A stretch of DNA of 64,000 nucleotides, taken from Candidatus Thorarchaeota archaeon. Its GTDB lineage: Archaea; Asgardarchaeota; Thorarchaeia; Thorarchaeales; Thorarchaeaceae. The stretch lies in the NCBI GenBank assembly GCA_048884965.1, contig JBHLQH010000006.1, forward strand, positions 32,001-96,000. The letters run 5' to 3'. The notes under the pieces are model-generated. The model was not told where the DNA came from and did no database searches. It saw only the letters and a program-made list of their open reading frames with translations. This document shows positions 1 to 8,421 of the stretch, piece after piece. The translations under genes and the position numbers were made by a program. The stretch's first letter is position 1, and each line of letters starts with the position of its first letter.

Positions 1-1016
1 CAGAACAGGAAATTGGTTTTCCGTCCAGGTGCGAATAGCAAAATGGCAGTGTTGCTATCTGAGGGAAGTGCTTTGAGGGTTTGTTTCAAATCCTTTGCCT
101 CGAACCCTGGTAAATAGAATGTGTGAAGAGTTTGGTCATTAACTACATACGGTTGAGGTGTTTGAGTAAGAAGTGTTCTAATTAGTTCGATCATCTCATT
201 CCTTTCTTCCTGACTCCTTTTTGATTTGTCAAGAACAGAACCTATCTGTTCCATCTCAAATGGAAAGTGAGTCTTTCTGCTGAGAACCTCATTGTAGATA
301 GATCCCACATGACTAACTGCCTTCAGGTGTGTTAGGAATTGGATTCTGGTAATCTTCCCCTCCTTTTTCATCTCGGTAATCTTGAAGTAGCCAATATCTC
401 CTGTTGAAATTACATGAATCCCAGAGCATGCAGAATCATCTATGCCATCTATGGTCACCACACGCAATCTCTCATATTTCGAGTCAAGCCCTTCTCTAGC
501 TCGAGTTAAATCTGACAGTTCGGATGACGCAACCATTGAAGAACGAACCTGCTTGTCTGAGAAGATGATTTCTTGTACATGTTTCTCAGCTTGGAATATC
601 ATCTCCTCATTCAATTGTCCTTCAATATCCACAGTACCCTGATCACCGTCTATCCAGATGTAACCCAACCTAAGATTCTCATCCTGTTGCTTCAGCTGCT
701 TCACAAGAATGTGTTCAGCTGTATGATTTCGCATTGATGCTCTTCGCCACTCCATATCAATCATGAGTGTGGTGGTCGATCCTTCCTCAAGAGATCTATC
801 AACTAGCAAGAAAATGTGGTTGTCTAAAAGTATTGTATTGGATATTCTAGCTTCACCAATTGATCCTCTATCTCCAGCTTGTCCTCCTCCCTCAGCTCTG
901 ATGACATCCTTATCTATTGAAACTCGATATCCATCTTCGTTCCTCTCCACACTTAGCACTGTAACCTCAAATCTGTCTACTAGAGGTTCATCCCAATACG
1001 GTTTTGACGACAACAT
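1..1016 (-). CDS. AlaX-type alanyl-tRNA editing protein (long form), 3' end runs off window
   Basis: Not in ORF track. Manual translation from ATG at 1016: MLSSKPYWDEPLVDRF...AEGGGQAGDRG...MRNHTAEH...DSACSGIHV, i.e. GGGQxxDxG plus HxxxH/CxGxH zinc editing motifs. Confidence 0.85.
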   Translation of the reverse strand, partial: MLSSKPYWDEPLVDRFEVTVLSVERNEDGYRVSIDKDVIRAEGGGQAGDRGSIGEARISNTILLDNHIFLLVDRSLEEGSTTTLMIDMEWRRASMRNHTAEHILVKQLKQQDENLRLGYIWIDGDQGTVDIEGQLNEEMIFQAEKHVQEIIFSDKQVRSSMVASSELSDLTRAREGLDSKYERLRVVTIDGIDDSACSGIHVISTGDIGYFKITEMKKEGKITRIQFLTHLKAVSHVGSIYNEVLSRKTHFPFEMEQIGSVLDKSKRSQEERNEMIELIRTLLTQTPQPYVVNDQTLHTFYLPGFEAKDLKQTLKALPSDSNTAILLFAPGRKTNFLF

Positions 1017-1090
1017 TTTCAAACCATCCTAGCCGAAAGCAATATAGCACCTACATTATGCTCACATATCATCCAACTTATCTTTGAGGT

Positions 1091-2350
1091 TTGAGGCGGA
1101 TGTTTAAGTTCCTAAATAAGGACCCAATTGACAAGGCCAAGCGCCATGTTGAGAAAGCATTGAAAGAGATAGAAGAAGGCTATCTTGATTATGCGAGTAC
1201 AGAATACGAAAAGGCCGCAAACTTGTTCATTGAGGCAGGGTCTTCTGATTTTGCTGTCAAGTATTTCCGAGAAGCTGCATACTGTGCGTTAGAGCATGAG
1301 GATCATTCCCGCGCAGCTCAAATGAAGCTTTGCGCTGCAGAAGCTCTTCTCAACGACACTCTTTTTGATGAGGCAGGAGGTCTGTATCAAGAAGCATCCG
1401 ATCATCTTTTCAGAGCCAAGAAGATTGCTGAATCTTTGAGAGCTCTCGCATTGTCAGTAATGTCACATCTTGGTTCGAGGAATTTTGACACCGCTGTGAA
1501 CTTGCTTCGAAAGATGGAGAAGCGCTTTCCAGACAAGAACCCTCCGAAGGTTCCCGCGTGTGATGTCGCAAAGGAATTTGTTGAAGTTCTGATTGAAGGT
1601 TATGAAACGACTAAAGATAATCTTACCAATTGTATACAAAAATACAAACCCAAAGATAGTGAGTTGGAGCTGATCGAGTTCTTGACTAATAGTGCTAGTA
1701 TTGCCATTGCTACTGATGTACGGATTGAATGGGCTGGAAAAGAAATGCCTGAAGTGAGTGCGAAGACTCCTCTTGAATTCGAATTGCTTCTCAGATGTCC
1801 GGTCCCTATAAGAATTATTGACTACAAGCTTGACACATCAAATAGTCTTACATTCATCAAAGAACCCGCTATCACAAATGTACCACAAACTGATGCTTCT
1901 TTCCTCCTAACTGTAAATCCAGTTTTGAGCGGAGAAGGAACGATAGGTCCTTTCAAGCTAACAATTTCAGGCGAGAGAATTCTTGCGCACAAGCACAGCA
2001 ATCAAATAAAATTCAAGATTGCAAAGGCACCTGCACAGCTTGCTGTAGATTTCACTCCTGAGAGAATATCATGTGGCATTGGAGATGAGGTCGTCTTTGA
2101 TGTAACCCTCTCCAATGAAGGAGAAGGCCCTGCAGATAACATTCTAGTGAAGCTTGCACTGTCTGACGGCATTGAATTATCTCTCGGAGGCAACGAGAGG
2201 TCTATACAATTTCTGGGTGCTAATGAGAAGATGCGCTTGCAAGTGTATGTTAGAGGAATTTCGATGGGCGATCAGGTTGTTATGTTATCAGTTAAAGATG
2301 GACGTTCCAGTCAAGAGATAGTTAAGAATGCGTATATTCGAGTTGGATGA
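1091..2350 (+). CDS. SNAP-like helical-repeat (TPR) protein with C-terminal Ig-like/CARDB-like domains
   Basis: N-terminal ~200 aa of A/Y/E-rich repeats (YEKAANLF, YFREAA, YQEAS). C-terminal beta-rich region with VTLSNEGEGPADNI (CARDB-like). Start may be ATG 1100. Confidence 0.7.
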   Translation: MRRMFKFLNKDPIDKAKRHVEKALKEIEEGYLDYASTEYEKAANLFIEAGSSDFAVKYFREAAYCALEHEDHSRAAQMKLCAAEALLNDTLFDEAGGLYQEASDHLFRAKKIAESLRALALSVMSHLGSRNFDTAVNLLRKMEKRFPDKNPPKVPACDVAKEFVEVLIEGYETTKDNLTNCIQKYKPKDSELELIEFLTNSASIAIATDVRIEWAGKEMPEVSAKTPLEFELLLRCPVPIRIIDYKLDTSNSLTFIKEPAITNVPQTDASFLLTVNPVLSGEGTIGPFKLTISGERILAHKHSNQIKFKIAKAPAQLAVDFTPERISCGIGDEVVFDVTLSNEGEGPADNILVKLALSDGIELSLGGNERSIQFLGANEKMRLQVYVRGISMGDQVVMLSVKDGRSSQEIVKNAYIRVG

Positions 2351-2356
2351 ATTGGA

Positions 2357-3091
2357 TTACTTTCTTTTCCTAGCTACATCCTCTCTGATATCCAAACAGG
2401 CCCCCATAACCTGTTGAATGGTTTCTTCTTCCTTGAAGCCCTTCAGAAGGTCGTCAGCTCTATCAAGATTATCCTCAGTCAAAGCCTCACTGAAGGCTAG
2501 TAGTGTACCTAACCACTCCCATCTGGTTTTATCTACAACCCTCTTTGCCTTACTGATGAGTTCTTTTGCTTTGTCCATTTCATCGATTGTGGCAAACCCC
2601 ATAGCAGCCAAAGAGAGGTCTATAACTGCTCTTTCAGCCTTGCCATCTTCTAAAGCCTTCTCTGAGGCTTTTTCATAGAGATTTCCCATATTCTTTGCAG
2701 CTGTGAGGAAATACTCTGAATTACCAAGTTTATGACATGAGAAGGCTGCCCAGAGGTACGCCTGTGCTGCAGTTTCAGTCATACGCTCAAGAAGTGCTTC
2801 TTTAGCAGCATTTTCATATAATGTGAGTGCGGTACCAAAATCACTAACCTGTCTGTATTGTGTCGCAGCTTCGAAGTATCCATTTGCTGCGGCTTTGTGG
2901 TCGTCCTTTTCGACACTGGCTTCCGCATAGATATGATAGTACTCGGCAGATTTTCGAGTCATTTCAATTACTCGGTCAAGATAGCAAGCAGCTGCTTGCT
3001 TATAGCGCATCGCAGCTTGATTGTATTTCTCAACCTCGGCATACTCGCCAGCCAGACGTTCCCACTGAGAGCATTCATCCTCCATTGACAT
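2357..3091 (-). CDS. SNAP-like tetratricopeptide/helical-repeat protein
   Basis: 244 aa of repeated AAxxY..AA motifs (AAMRYKQAAACY, AANGYFEAA, LYENAA, AAQAYLWAA). Confidence 0.7.
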   Translation of the reverse strand: MSMEDECSQWERLAGEYAEVEKYNQAAMRYKQAAACYLDRVIEMTRKSAEYYHIYAEASVEKDDHKAAANGYFEAATQYRQVSDFGTALTLYENAAKEALLERMTETAAQAYLWAAFSCHKLGNSEYFLTAAKNMGNLYEKASEKALEDGKAERAVIDLSLAAMGFATIDEMDKAKELISKAKRVVDKTRWEWLGTLLAFSEALTEDNLDRADDLLKGFKEEETIQQVMGACLDIREDVARKRK

Positions 3092-3172
3092 ACAGACTCC
3101 TTAGATTGATACCTAGCATTAAGTAGGTCAATACATCAGCAGGATACTTTTTGTGAGTACAAATATGTTGTG

Positions 3173-3201
3173 TGTTCGAATCTCCCGCGATTTTTCGAAC
3201 A
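3173..3201 (-). terminator. Hairpin just downstream of HMG-CoA reductase gene
   Basis: Perfect 8-bp inverted repeat TGTTCGAA...TTCGAACA, 9 nt past the stop. Confidence 0.35.
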
Positions 3202-3210
3202 GAAGCAAGG

Positions 3211-4548
3211 TTATTTTCCTTGCGTTAACTCATCCAGCAGTTCCTTAGCTCTCTCGACTTTCACATTTTTCTCCTTTACAAGAATTTCCGCAATCTTCTC
3301 GACAAGATCACCACGAGCTCCTGCAGTGGCAGCTACGTTCCGAGCATGTAGGGACATATGCCCTCGCTGAATACCTTCTGAGGCTAATGCTCGAAGAGCA
3401 GCTAGATTCTGAGCAAGCCCTACTGATGCGATAACATGACCGAGTTCCACTGCGGTCTTCACATTTAGTATCTTGACTGCTGCCCGTGCGACTGGGTGAA
3501 TCTTGGTCGCACCTCCAACAAGTCCCACTGCCATGGGAATCTCGATTGACCCAACAAGATTACCGTCCATGTCTTTCTCGTACTTTGTGAGAGAGCTATA
3601 TCCACCTACCGATGCATAACTATGGGCTCCAGCTTCGATTGCTCGAAAGTCATTTCCCGTTGCAACTACAACTGCATCGATACCATTCATGATTCCTTTG
3701 TTATGAGTAGCACATCTGAAAGGATCTGCTTCTGCGAATGCCCAAGCTGCGATAATGCCATCAACGACATCATCACCACCTAGGAGATCTTTTTCAAAAG
3801 TAGCACGAACACGGACTAATCTCTTTTCAGCGAGATTTGACAGGATTCTGAGAAGAACTACCCCCCCAGTTATCTTCTCTATCTCTGGTGCGAGCGCTTC
3901 AGCCATTGTATTCACAGCATTTGCTCCCATCGCATCGCGAGTATCAACCAAGAGTTCACAGATAACCATCGGTCCAACCTGAGTGTCAATCACTTTGACA
4001 CGGATATCTCTCGCGCCTCCACCAAACTTCACAAGGATAGGGTCTTGTTCATTTGCCAGTGCTAATAGCCTGTCCTTTTCCTCAAGAACCTTCATCTTCG
4101 CGAAGAAAGGGTTCGGTACCTTGATGGTCTGGATTTGGGCAATCATTATCGGTCCTGTATCAGTTGCTTTGAACCCTCCTGATGCTCTGGTCATTCGGGC
4201 TGCATTGCTTGCTGCCGCAACAACGGATGGCTCTTCAATTGCCATTGGGATCAAGTAATCCTGATCATTGACTCGAAAGTTTGTGGCAATTCCTAGGGGG
4301 AGAGTCATTGCGCCAATAACATTCTCAATCATGTGGTCTAGAATTTCCATGTCCACTTTTCCTGGGTCTGCGAGAGGTTCTAGTTCCTCGAACGCAATCC
4401 CCGTCAGGTCGGCAATCTTCTTCACACGATCTTCCCGCGTGAGCTTATACAATCCGGATATTCTGGAGTCCTCTACCAAGCCATCCACCGAAATCAACCC
4501 CTCAGATTTTCCTAATAAGAATGATGGAGTGGCAGATATTTTATACAT
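3211..4548 (-). CDS. mvaA: Hydroxymethylglutaryl-CoA reductase, class II
   Basis: ENVIG, EEPSVVAA, DAMGAN, HNKGIMNG and HMSLH motifs. True start probably ~20 codons downstream of 4548. Confidence 0.93.
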   Translation of the reverse strand: MYKISATPSFLLGKSEGLISVDGLVEDSRISGLYKLTREDRVKKIADLTGIAFEELEPLADPGKVDMEILDHMIENVIGAMTLPLGIATNFRVNDQDYLIPMAIEEPSVVAAASNAARMTRASGGFKATDTGPIMIAQIQTIKVPNPFFAKMKVLEEKDRLLALANEQDPILVKFGGGARDIRVKVIDTQVGPMVICELLVDTRDAMGANAVNTMAEALAPEIEKITGGVVLLRILSNLAEKRLVRVRATFEKDLLGGDDVVDGIIAAWAFAEADPFRCATHNKGIMNGIDAVVVATGNDFRAIEAGAHSYASVGGYSSLTKYEKDMDGNLVGSIEIPMAVGLVGGATKIHPVARAAVKILNVKTAVELGHVIASVGLAQNLAALRALASEGIQRGHMSLHARNVAATAGARGDLVEKIAEILVKEKNVKVERAKELLDELTQGK

Positions 4549-4615
4549 CCTTGATTTTCCACTAGACCATAGAGTTTAAGTCTGAAGCAATCTTGCTTGC
4601 GCGAGAGGTTACAAA

Positions 4616-6130
4616 ATGACTTCAGAAAGAGACTTTAGCGAAGTAATCAGTGGTCTGGCCAAGAAGAGAGGATTCTATTGGGGTCCATCCCCCGAGATTT
4701 ATGGAGGCAGTGCTGGATTCTTTGATCTTGGACCACTTGGGAAACTTCTGAAGAATCGACTTGAGAATGTCATTCGTTCCTCATTTGTTAAAGCGAACTT
4801 TTGGGAAGTCGAGTGCCCTACCGCATCACCTGAAATCGTATGGAAAGCATCCGGGCATCTAGATGGTTTCATTGATCCGCTGACTAAATGTACAAAATGC
4901 GAACAAGTTTTTCGAGCTGACAATATCATTGAGGAGCATATTGGTGAGGGTGCACCAAAAGGACTTACCTTAGAACAGATGACTAACAAGATACAGGAAC
5001 TTGGTATTCGGTGCTCTCAATGCAAAGGCGAGCTGGGTCCAGTCGAGCAATACAATCTGATGCTTAAAACGACCCTTGGACTTGATCAACCCGCTTTCAT
5101 GCGTCCAGAAACAGCAACTACTACCTACCTTCTCTTTCGAAGGTTTCTAACATTTTTCCGTGATAAGTTGCCCGCATTAGTCTTTCAGATCGGTAAGGCC
5201 TATAGAAATGAGATATCCCCTCGTCAAGGAATGCTACGTTTGAGAGAGTTCACTCAAGTTGAAGGACAGATGTTTATCCTCGATGAAGACGAGAGGAATT
5301 GGCCTCCCTTTGAAGATGTGAAAGGTGACGATTTACCTCTTCTAACGCATCAAGCACAAGAGAAGGGTAGAGAGGAAGTACAAATGGTGAGTATGTCAGA
5401 CGCAGTAAAGAATGGCTACTTCCAGAAACCCGCATATGCTTGGTGTGTTTGGCTTGCATACAAGATTTTTAGTGGGATGGGCTTTACAACGGCAAATATG
5501 CGACTTCGCCAGCATCTACCGACTGAGCGAGCACATTATGCAAATGATGCTTGGGATGTCGAGCTGCACACACGGAGCTTTGGATGGGTCGAATGCTGTG
5601 GTATTCATGATCGAGGCAACTACGATCTAACTAGACATCAAGAATACTCGAAAGAAAAACTTAGCGTAAAGGTCGAAGGAAAACCTGTTGTACCAAATGT
5701 CCTAGAGATTGCTTTTGGTGTTGAACGTCCTTTATTCTGTTTAATCGATAATTGCTATGATGAGAATGAGCAAGAAGAAGTCTTTCTTAGGTTTCCACCT
5801 CACTTAGCACCAATCCAAGTCGCAGTCTTCCCTCTAATGGGGAAGGAGGAACTTGTGTGTCCAGCAACTGAAATCTACAATGAGATATTGGAAAGCGGAC
5901 TTGTGACACAATTTGATCAAGGTGGTTCAATTGGACGTCGCTATAGGAGGCAAGATGAGGTTGGCACGCCCTTCTGTGTGACGATTGATTATGATACACT
6001 TGAAAATGACACTGTTACCCTGCGAGAGCGTGATTCAATGAACCAGGTTCTCATAAAGCGCTCTGAGCTAGTTTCGATTCTTCATAGCCTAGTAAAGACC
6101 AGATTTACCTTTGAATCGTTGATGCAATAA
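4616..6130 (+). CDS. glyS: Glycine--tRNA ligase (alpha2 archaeal/eukaryotic type)
   Basis: MRPETA, YRNEISPRQG..RLREF, RAHYA and SIGRRYRRQDEVGTPF anticodon domain. Confidence 0.96.
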   Translation: MTSERDFSEVISGLAKKRGFYWGPSPEIYGGSAGFFDLGPLGKLLKNRLENVIRSSFVKANFWEVECPTASPEIVWKASGHLDGFIDPLTKCTKCEQVFRADNIIEEHIGEGAPKGLTLEQMTNKIQELGIRCSQCKGELGPVEQYNLMLKTTLGLDQPAFMRPETATTTYLLFRRFLTFFRDKLPALVFQIGKAYRNEISPRQGMLRLREFTQVEGQMFILDEDERNWPPFEDVKGDDLPLLTHQAQEKGREEVQMVSMSDAVKNGYFQKPAYAWCVWLAYKIFSGMGFTTANMRLRQHLPTERAHYANDAWDVELHTRSFGWVECCGIHDRGNYDLTRHQEYSKEKLSVKVEGKPVVPNVLEIAFGVERPLFCLIDNCYDENEQEEVFLRFPPHLAPIQVAVFPLMGKEELVCPATEIYNEILESGLVTQFDQGGSIGRRYRRQDEVGTPFCVTIDYDTLENDTVTLRERDSMNQVLIKRSELVSILHSLVKTRFTFESLMQ

Positions 6131-6201
6131 AGGGAATAGTTTTTCTACATGGGGAAACAAGTATAAGTCTGATAGTAAATGTAGATGATAGAGGCTAGGT
6201 A

Positions 6202-6648
6202 ATGAGTGAGGTCGAGAATACAGCAGTTCAGATAAAAACCATATTGGTTGCAGTAGATGGATCTGAATTCTCAGAGAAAGCAGTGAGATATGGATGTGCC
6301 ATGGGTCCACCTCTTAATGCTGAGGTGATTCTCTTGCATGTTGTCCCAATGCTTGTATCGGCAACACCCTATCATGATACGGTATCCGATCAACCTTTCC
6401 TTGCTCTTCAGAAGGTAGGAGAGGATATTCTCGCAAAAGCCAAGAAGATTGCTGGTTCTGTTCCAGTATCGGATTTGATTGATCATGGAGACCCTGCTGC
6501 AAGAATCATCGAGATTGCTGAGGAGCGACAAGTTGATCTTATCATAATGGGTTCAAGAGGACTAAGTGGCATTCGTCGTCTCTTCACAGGTTCTATCAGT
6601 GATAAGGTCGCGAACCAAGCGAACTGTCCTGTTATGATTGTAAGATGA
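6202..6648 (+). CDS. Universal stress protein
   Basis: ILVAVDGS, GDPA, MGSRG..GS motifs. Confidence 0.93.
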   Translation: MSEVENTAVQIKTILVAVDGSEFSEKAVRYGCAMGPPLNAEVILLHVVPMLVSATPYHDTVSDQPFLALQKVGEDILAKAKKIAGSVPVSDLIDHGDPAARIIEIAEERQVDLIIMGSRGLSGIRRLFTGSISDKVANQANCPVMIVR

Positions 6649-6663
6649 TATCATTGACCCCTC

Positions 6664-7932
6664 ATGGTTGGGTATCTCCTCATGGCCAATAATGGGATAG
6701 CAATTGACATCGGAACCAGTACAATTTCTCTTAGTATTCTTGATATATCCGAACGAAGAAGAATAGGAGCACTGAGTATTCCTAATCCCCAGTTGGACTA
6801 TGGCGAAGATGTCATCACTCGACTTGAATACGAGATGAATAGGACACATACTCAACCCTCACTTACTGAAGTGGTTCGTAGAGGTCTCTCACAATCCTTG
6901 GAGACCATGCTGATTTCCTATGGTATTCGGCACGAAGATGTATCTGAGATTGTGATCGTGGGGAATACACCAATGCACCATCTTCTGTTTGGACTTCCTT
7001 TCACTTCTCTTCTTGAAGAACCATTTAGATCAGAGTATACTTCGGCTATCGAGCTAGATGCACGTGATATCGGACTGAACGTGGATGCAACATGCTATTC
7101 TCCTCCGGTAATTCAGTCATTCGTTGGCTCTGATGCCCTCGGTGTAGTTCTTGGTTTTGGTGTGTCTTCTGATATCTACCCATCCCTTGCATTGGACATC
7201 GGCACCAATACAGAGATTATCATCCAATACTACAACAAGCTGTGGGTCGCATCTGCAGCTTCTGGTCCTGCCTTTGAAGGCATGTCCTTGAAAGATGGAA
7301 TGCCAGCTATTGCTGGAGCAATCTCAAAGGTAGCGATTGATCCCGCTGACCATACTTTGTCATTTGAAACGATTGGGAATATCTCACCATTAGGAATTTG
7401 TGGAGTAGGAGCCATTTCTGCACTTGGATCTTTGAGATCTCTCATGCTAATTGATGCGAATGGTTCTATCAATCGGAACTCGAACTCTGAATATGTGAAG
7501 AGGGATGGAGACATCTATCGAATAGAACTAGTGCAGCCTCATCAATCAGCAAATGGGAAGAGTATCTCCCTTGATCAGATGGATATTAGAATGCTTCAGC
7601 AATCAAAAGCCTCAATACGAGCAGTTATTGAAGTGCTCTTGCTGGAGTCAAATTGCTCTTCAGAAGAAATTCAGAATCTTTACATCACTGGAGCTTTTGG
7701 TGGCGGACTTGATATAGATAATGCGATTAGGATTGATATGTTCCCAGAATTCCCAATACTGAGGAATGTGCATCAACAGGCAGGAGGTGCTCTCCTTGGT
7801 GCAGAATTACTGCTATGGCATACTACAACTAGAAACAAAGTTGGAGAACTACTCGAATCGGTCAAATATGTAGAGATGATGGATAATCCTCTGTACCAAG
7901 AACTACATTCCAAGCACTTGTTCATTCCGTGA
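6664..7932 (+). CDS. ASKHA-domain RACo-like corrinoid reductive activator lacking N-terminal 2Fe-2S domain
   Basis: AIDIGTST, NPQ..YGEDVITR, GNTPMHH, DIGTNTE, GPAFEG, GICG and GAFG motifs. No CxxxxxCxxC ferredoxin. Confidence 0.85.
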   Translation: MVGYLLMANNGIAIDIGTSTISLSILDISERRRIGALSIPNPQLDYGEDVITRLEYEMNRTHTQPSLTEVVRRGLSQSLETMLISYGIRHEDVSEIVIVGNTPMHHLLFGLPFTSLLEEPFRSEYTSAIELDARDIGLNVDATCYSPPVIQSFVGSDALGVVLGFGVSSDIYPSLALDIGTNTEIIIQYYNKLWVASAASGPAFEGMSLKDGMPAIAGAISKVAIDPADHTLSFETIGNISPLGICGVGAISALGSLRSLMLIDANGSINRNSNSEYVKRDGDIYRIELVQPHQSANGKSISLDQMDIRMLQQSKASIRAVIEVLLLESNCSSEEIQNLYITGAFGGGLDIDNAIRIDMFPEFPILRNVHQQAGGALLGAELLLWHTTTRNKVGELLESVKYVEMMDNPLYQELHSKHLFIP

Positions 7933-7933
7933 A

Positions 7934-8416
7934 TCATATCTTAAAATCCATTCCATCGAAATCTTCCCCTTCTCGTATTCTTGATGATGACAGAGGTCTG
8001 TCATCCTCAGAACGGACACGAGGAATTACAATGATGTGATAACGAGGAAGCCCATTCATTGCTCTCATTTCATTGATTGCGAATGCGTTATTGACAACCG
8101 AAATCTCGTCAGATACGACTAAAGCTTCCAGATCGATCATTGTATCTGCTCCCCCTTCTTTAGAATCTATGGGAAAAATCTCGTATGCTGTTCCCTTTGA
8201 TTCAGATTGAAGGAACTCGTATAGGGCATGATATCTTTCCTGATATGGTTGAATCTTTTCCCTGTTCTTCTTATGCTTCAGAAGTTCGTCAGTAGTCAAT
8301 CCAACTGCAAGGAACTCCCCTAGCTTCAGAGCTGTCCTGAGGAGGTATTTGTGCCCCTCATGAAGGTGATCAAAGGTTCCTGCAAAGACCACCTTCTTGT
8401 AGAGACGCTCTATCAT
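7934..8416 (-). CDS. coaD: Archaeal phosphopantetheine adenylyltransferase
   Basis: GTFDHLHEGH, VGLTTD, LVVSDE, INEMR..NGL and SSSRIR motifs. Confidence 0.88.
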   Translation of the reverse strand: MIERLYKKVVFAGTFDHLHEGHKYLLRTALKLGEFLAVGLTTDELLKHKKNREKIQPYQERYHALYEFLQSESKGTAYEIFPIDSKEGGADTMIDLEALVVSDEISVVNNAFAINEMRAMNGLPRYHIIVIPRVRSEDDRPLSSSRIREGEDFDGMDFKI

Positions 8417-8421
8417 GCTAT

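Noticed and set aside
442-1032. Plus-strand ORFs 442-642 and 763-1032
   Set aside because: Antisense shadows of the AlaX gene. The same applies to the many S/I-rich short ORFs opposite long genes across the window.
3174-3186. GTTCGAATCTCCC resembles a tRNA T-arm
   Set aside because: No acceptor, D or anticodon stems upstream. It is better explained as one arm of a hairpin after mvaA.
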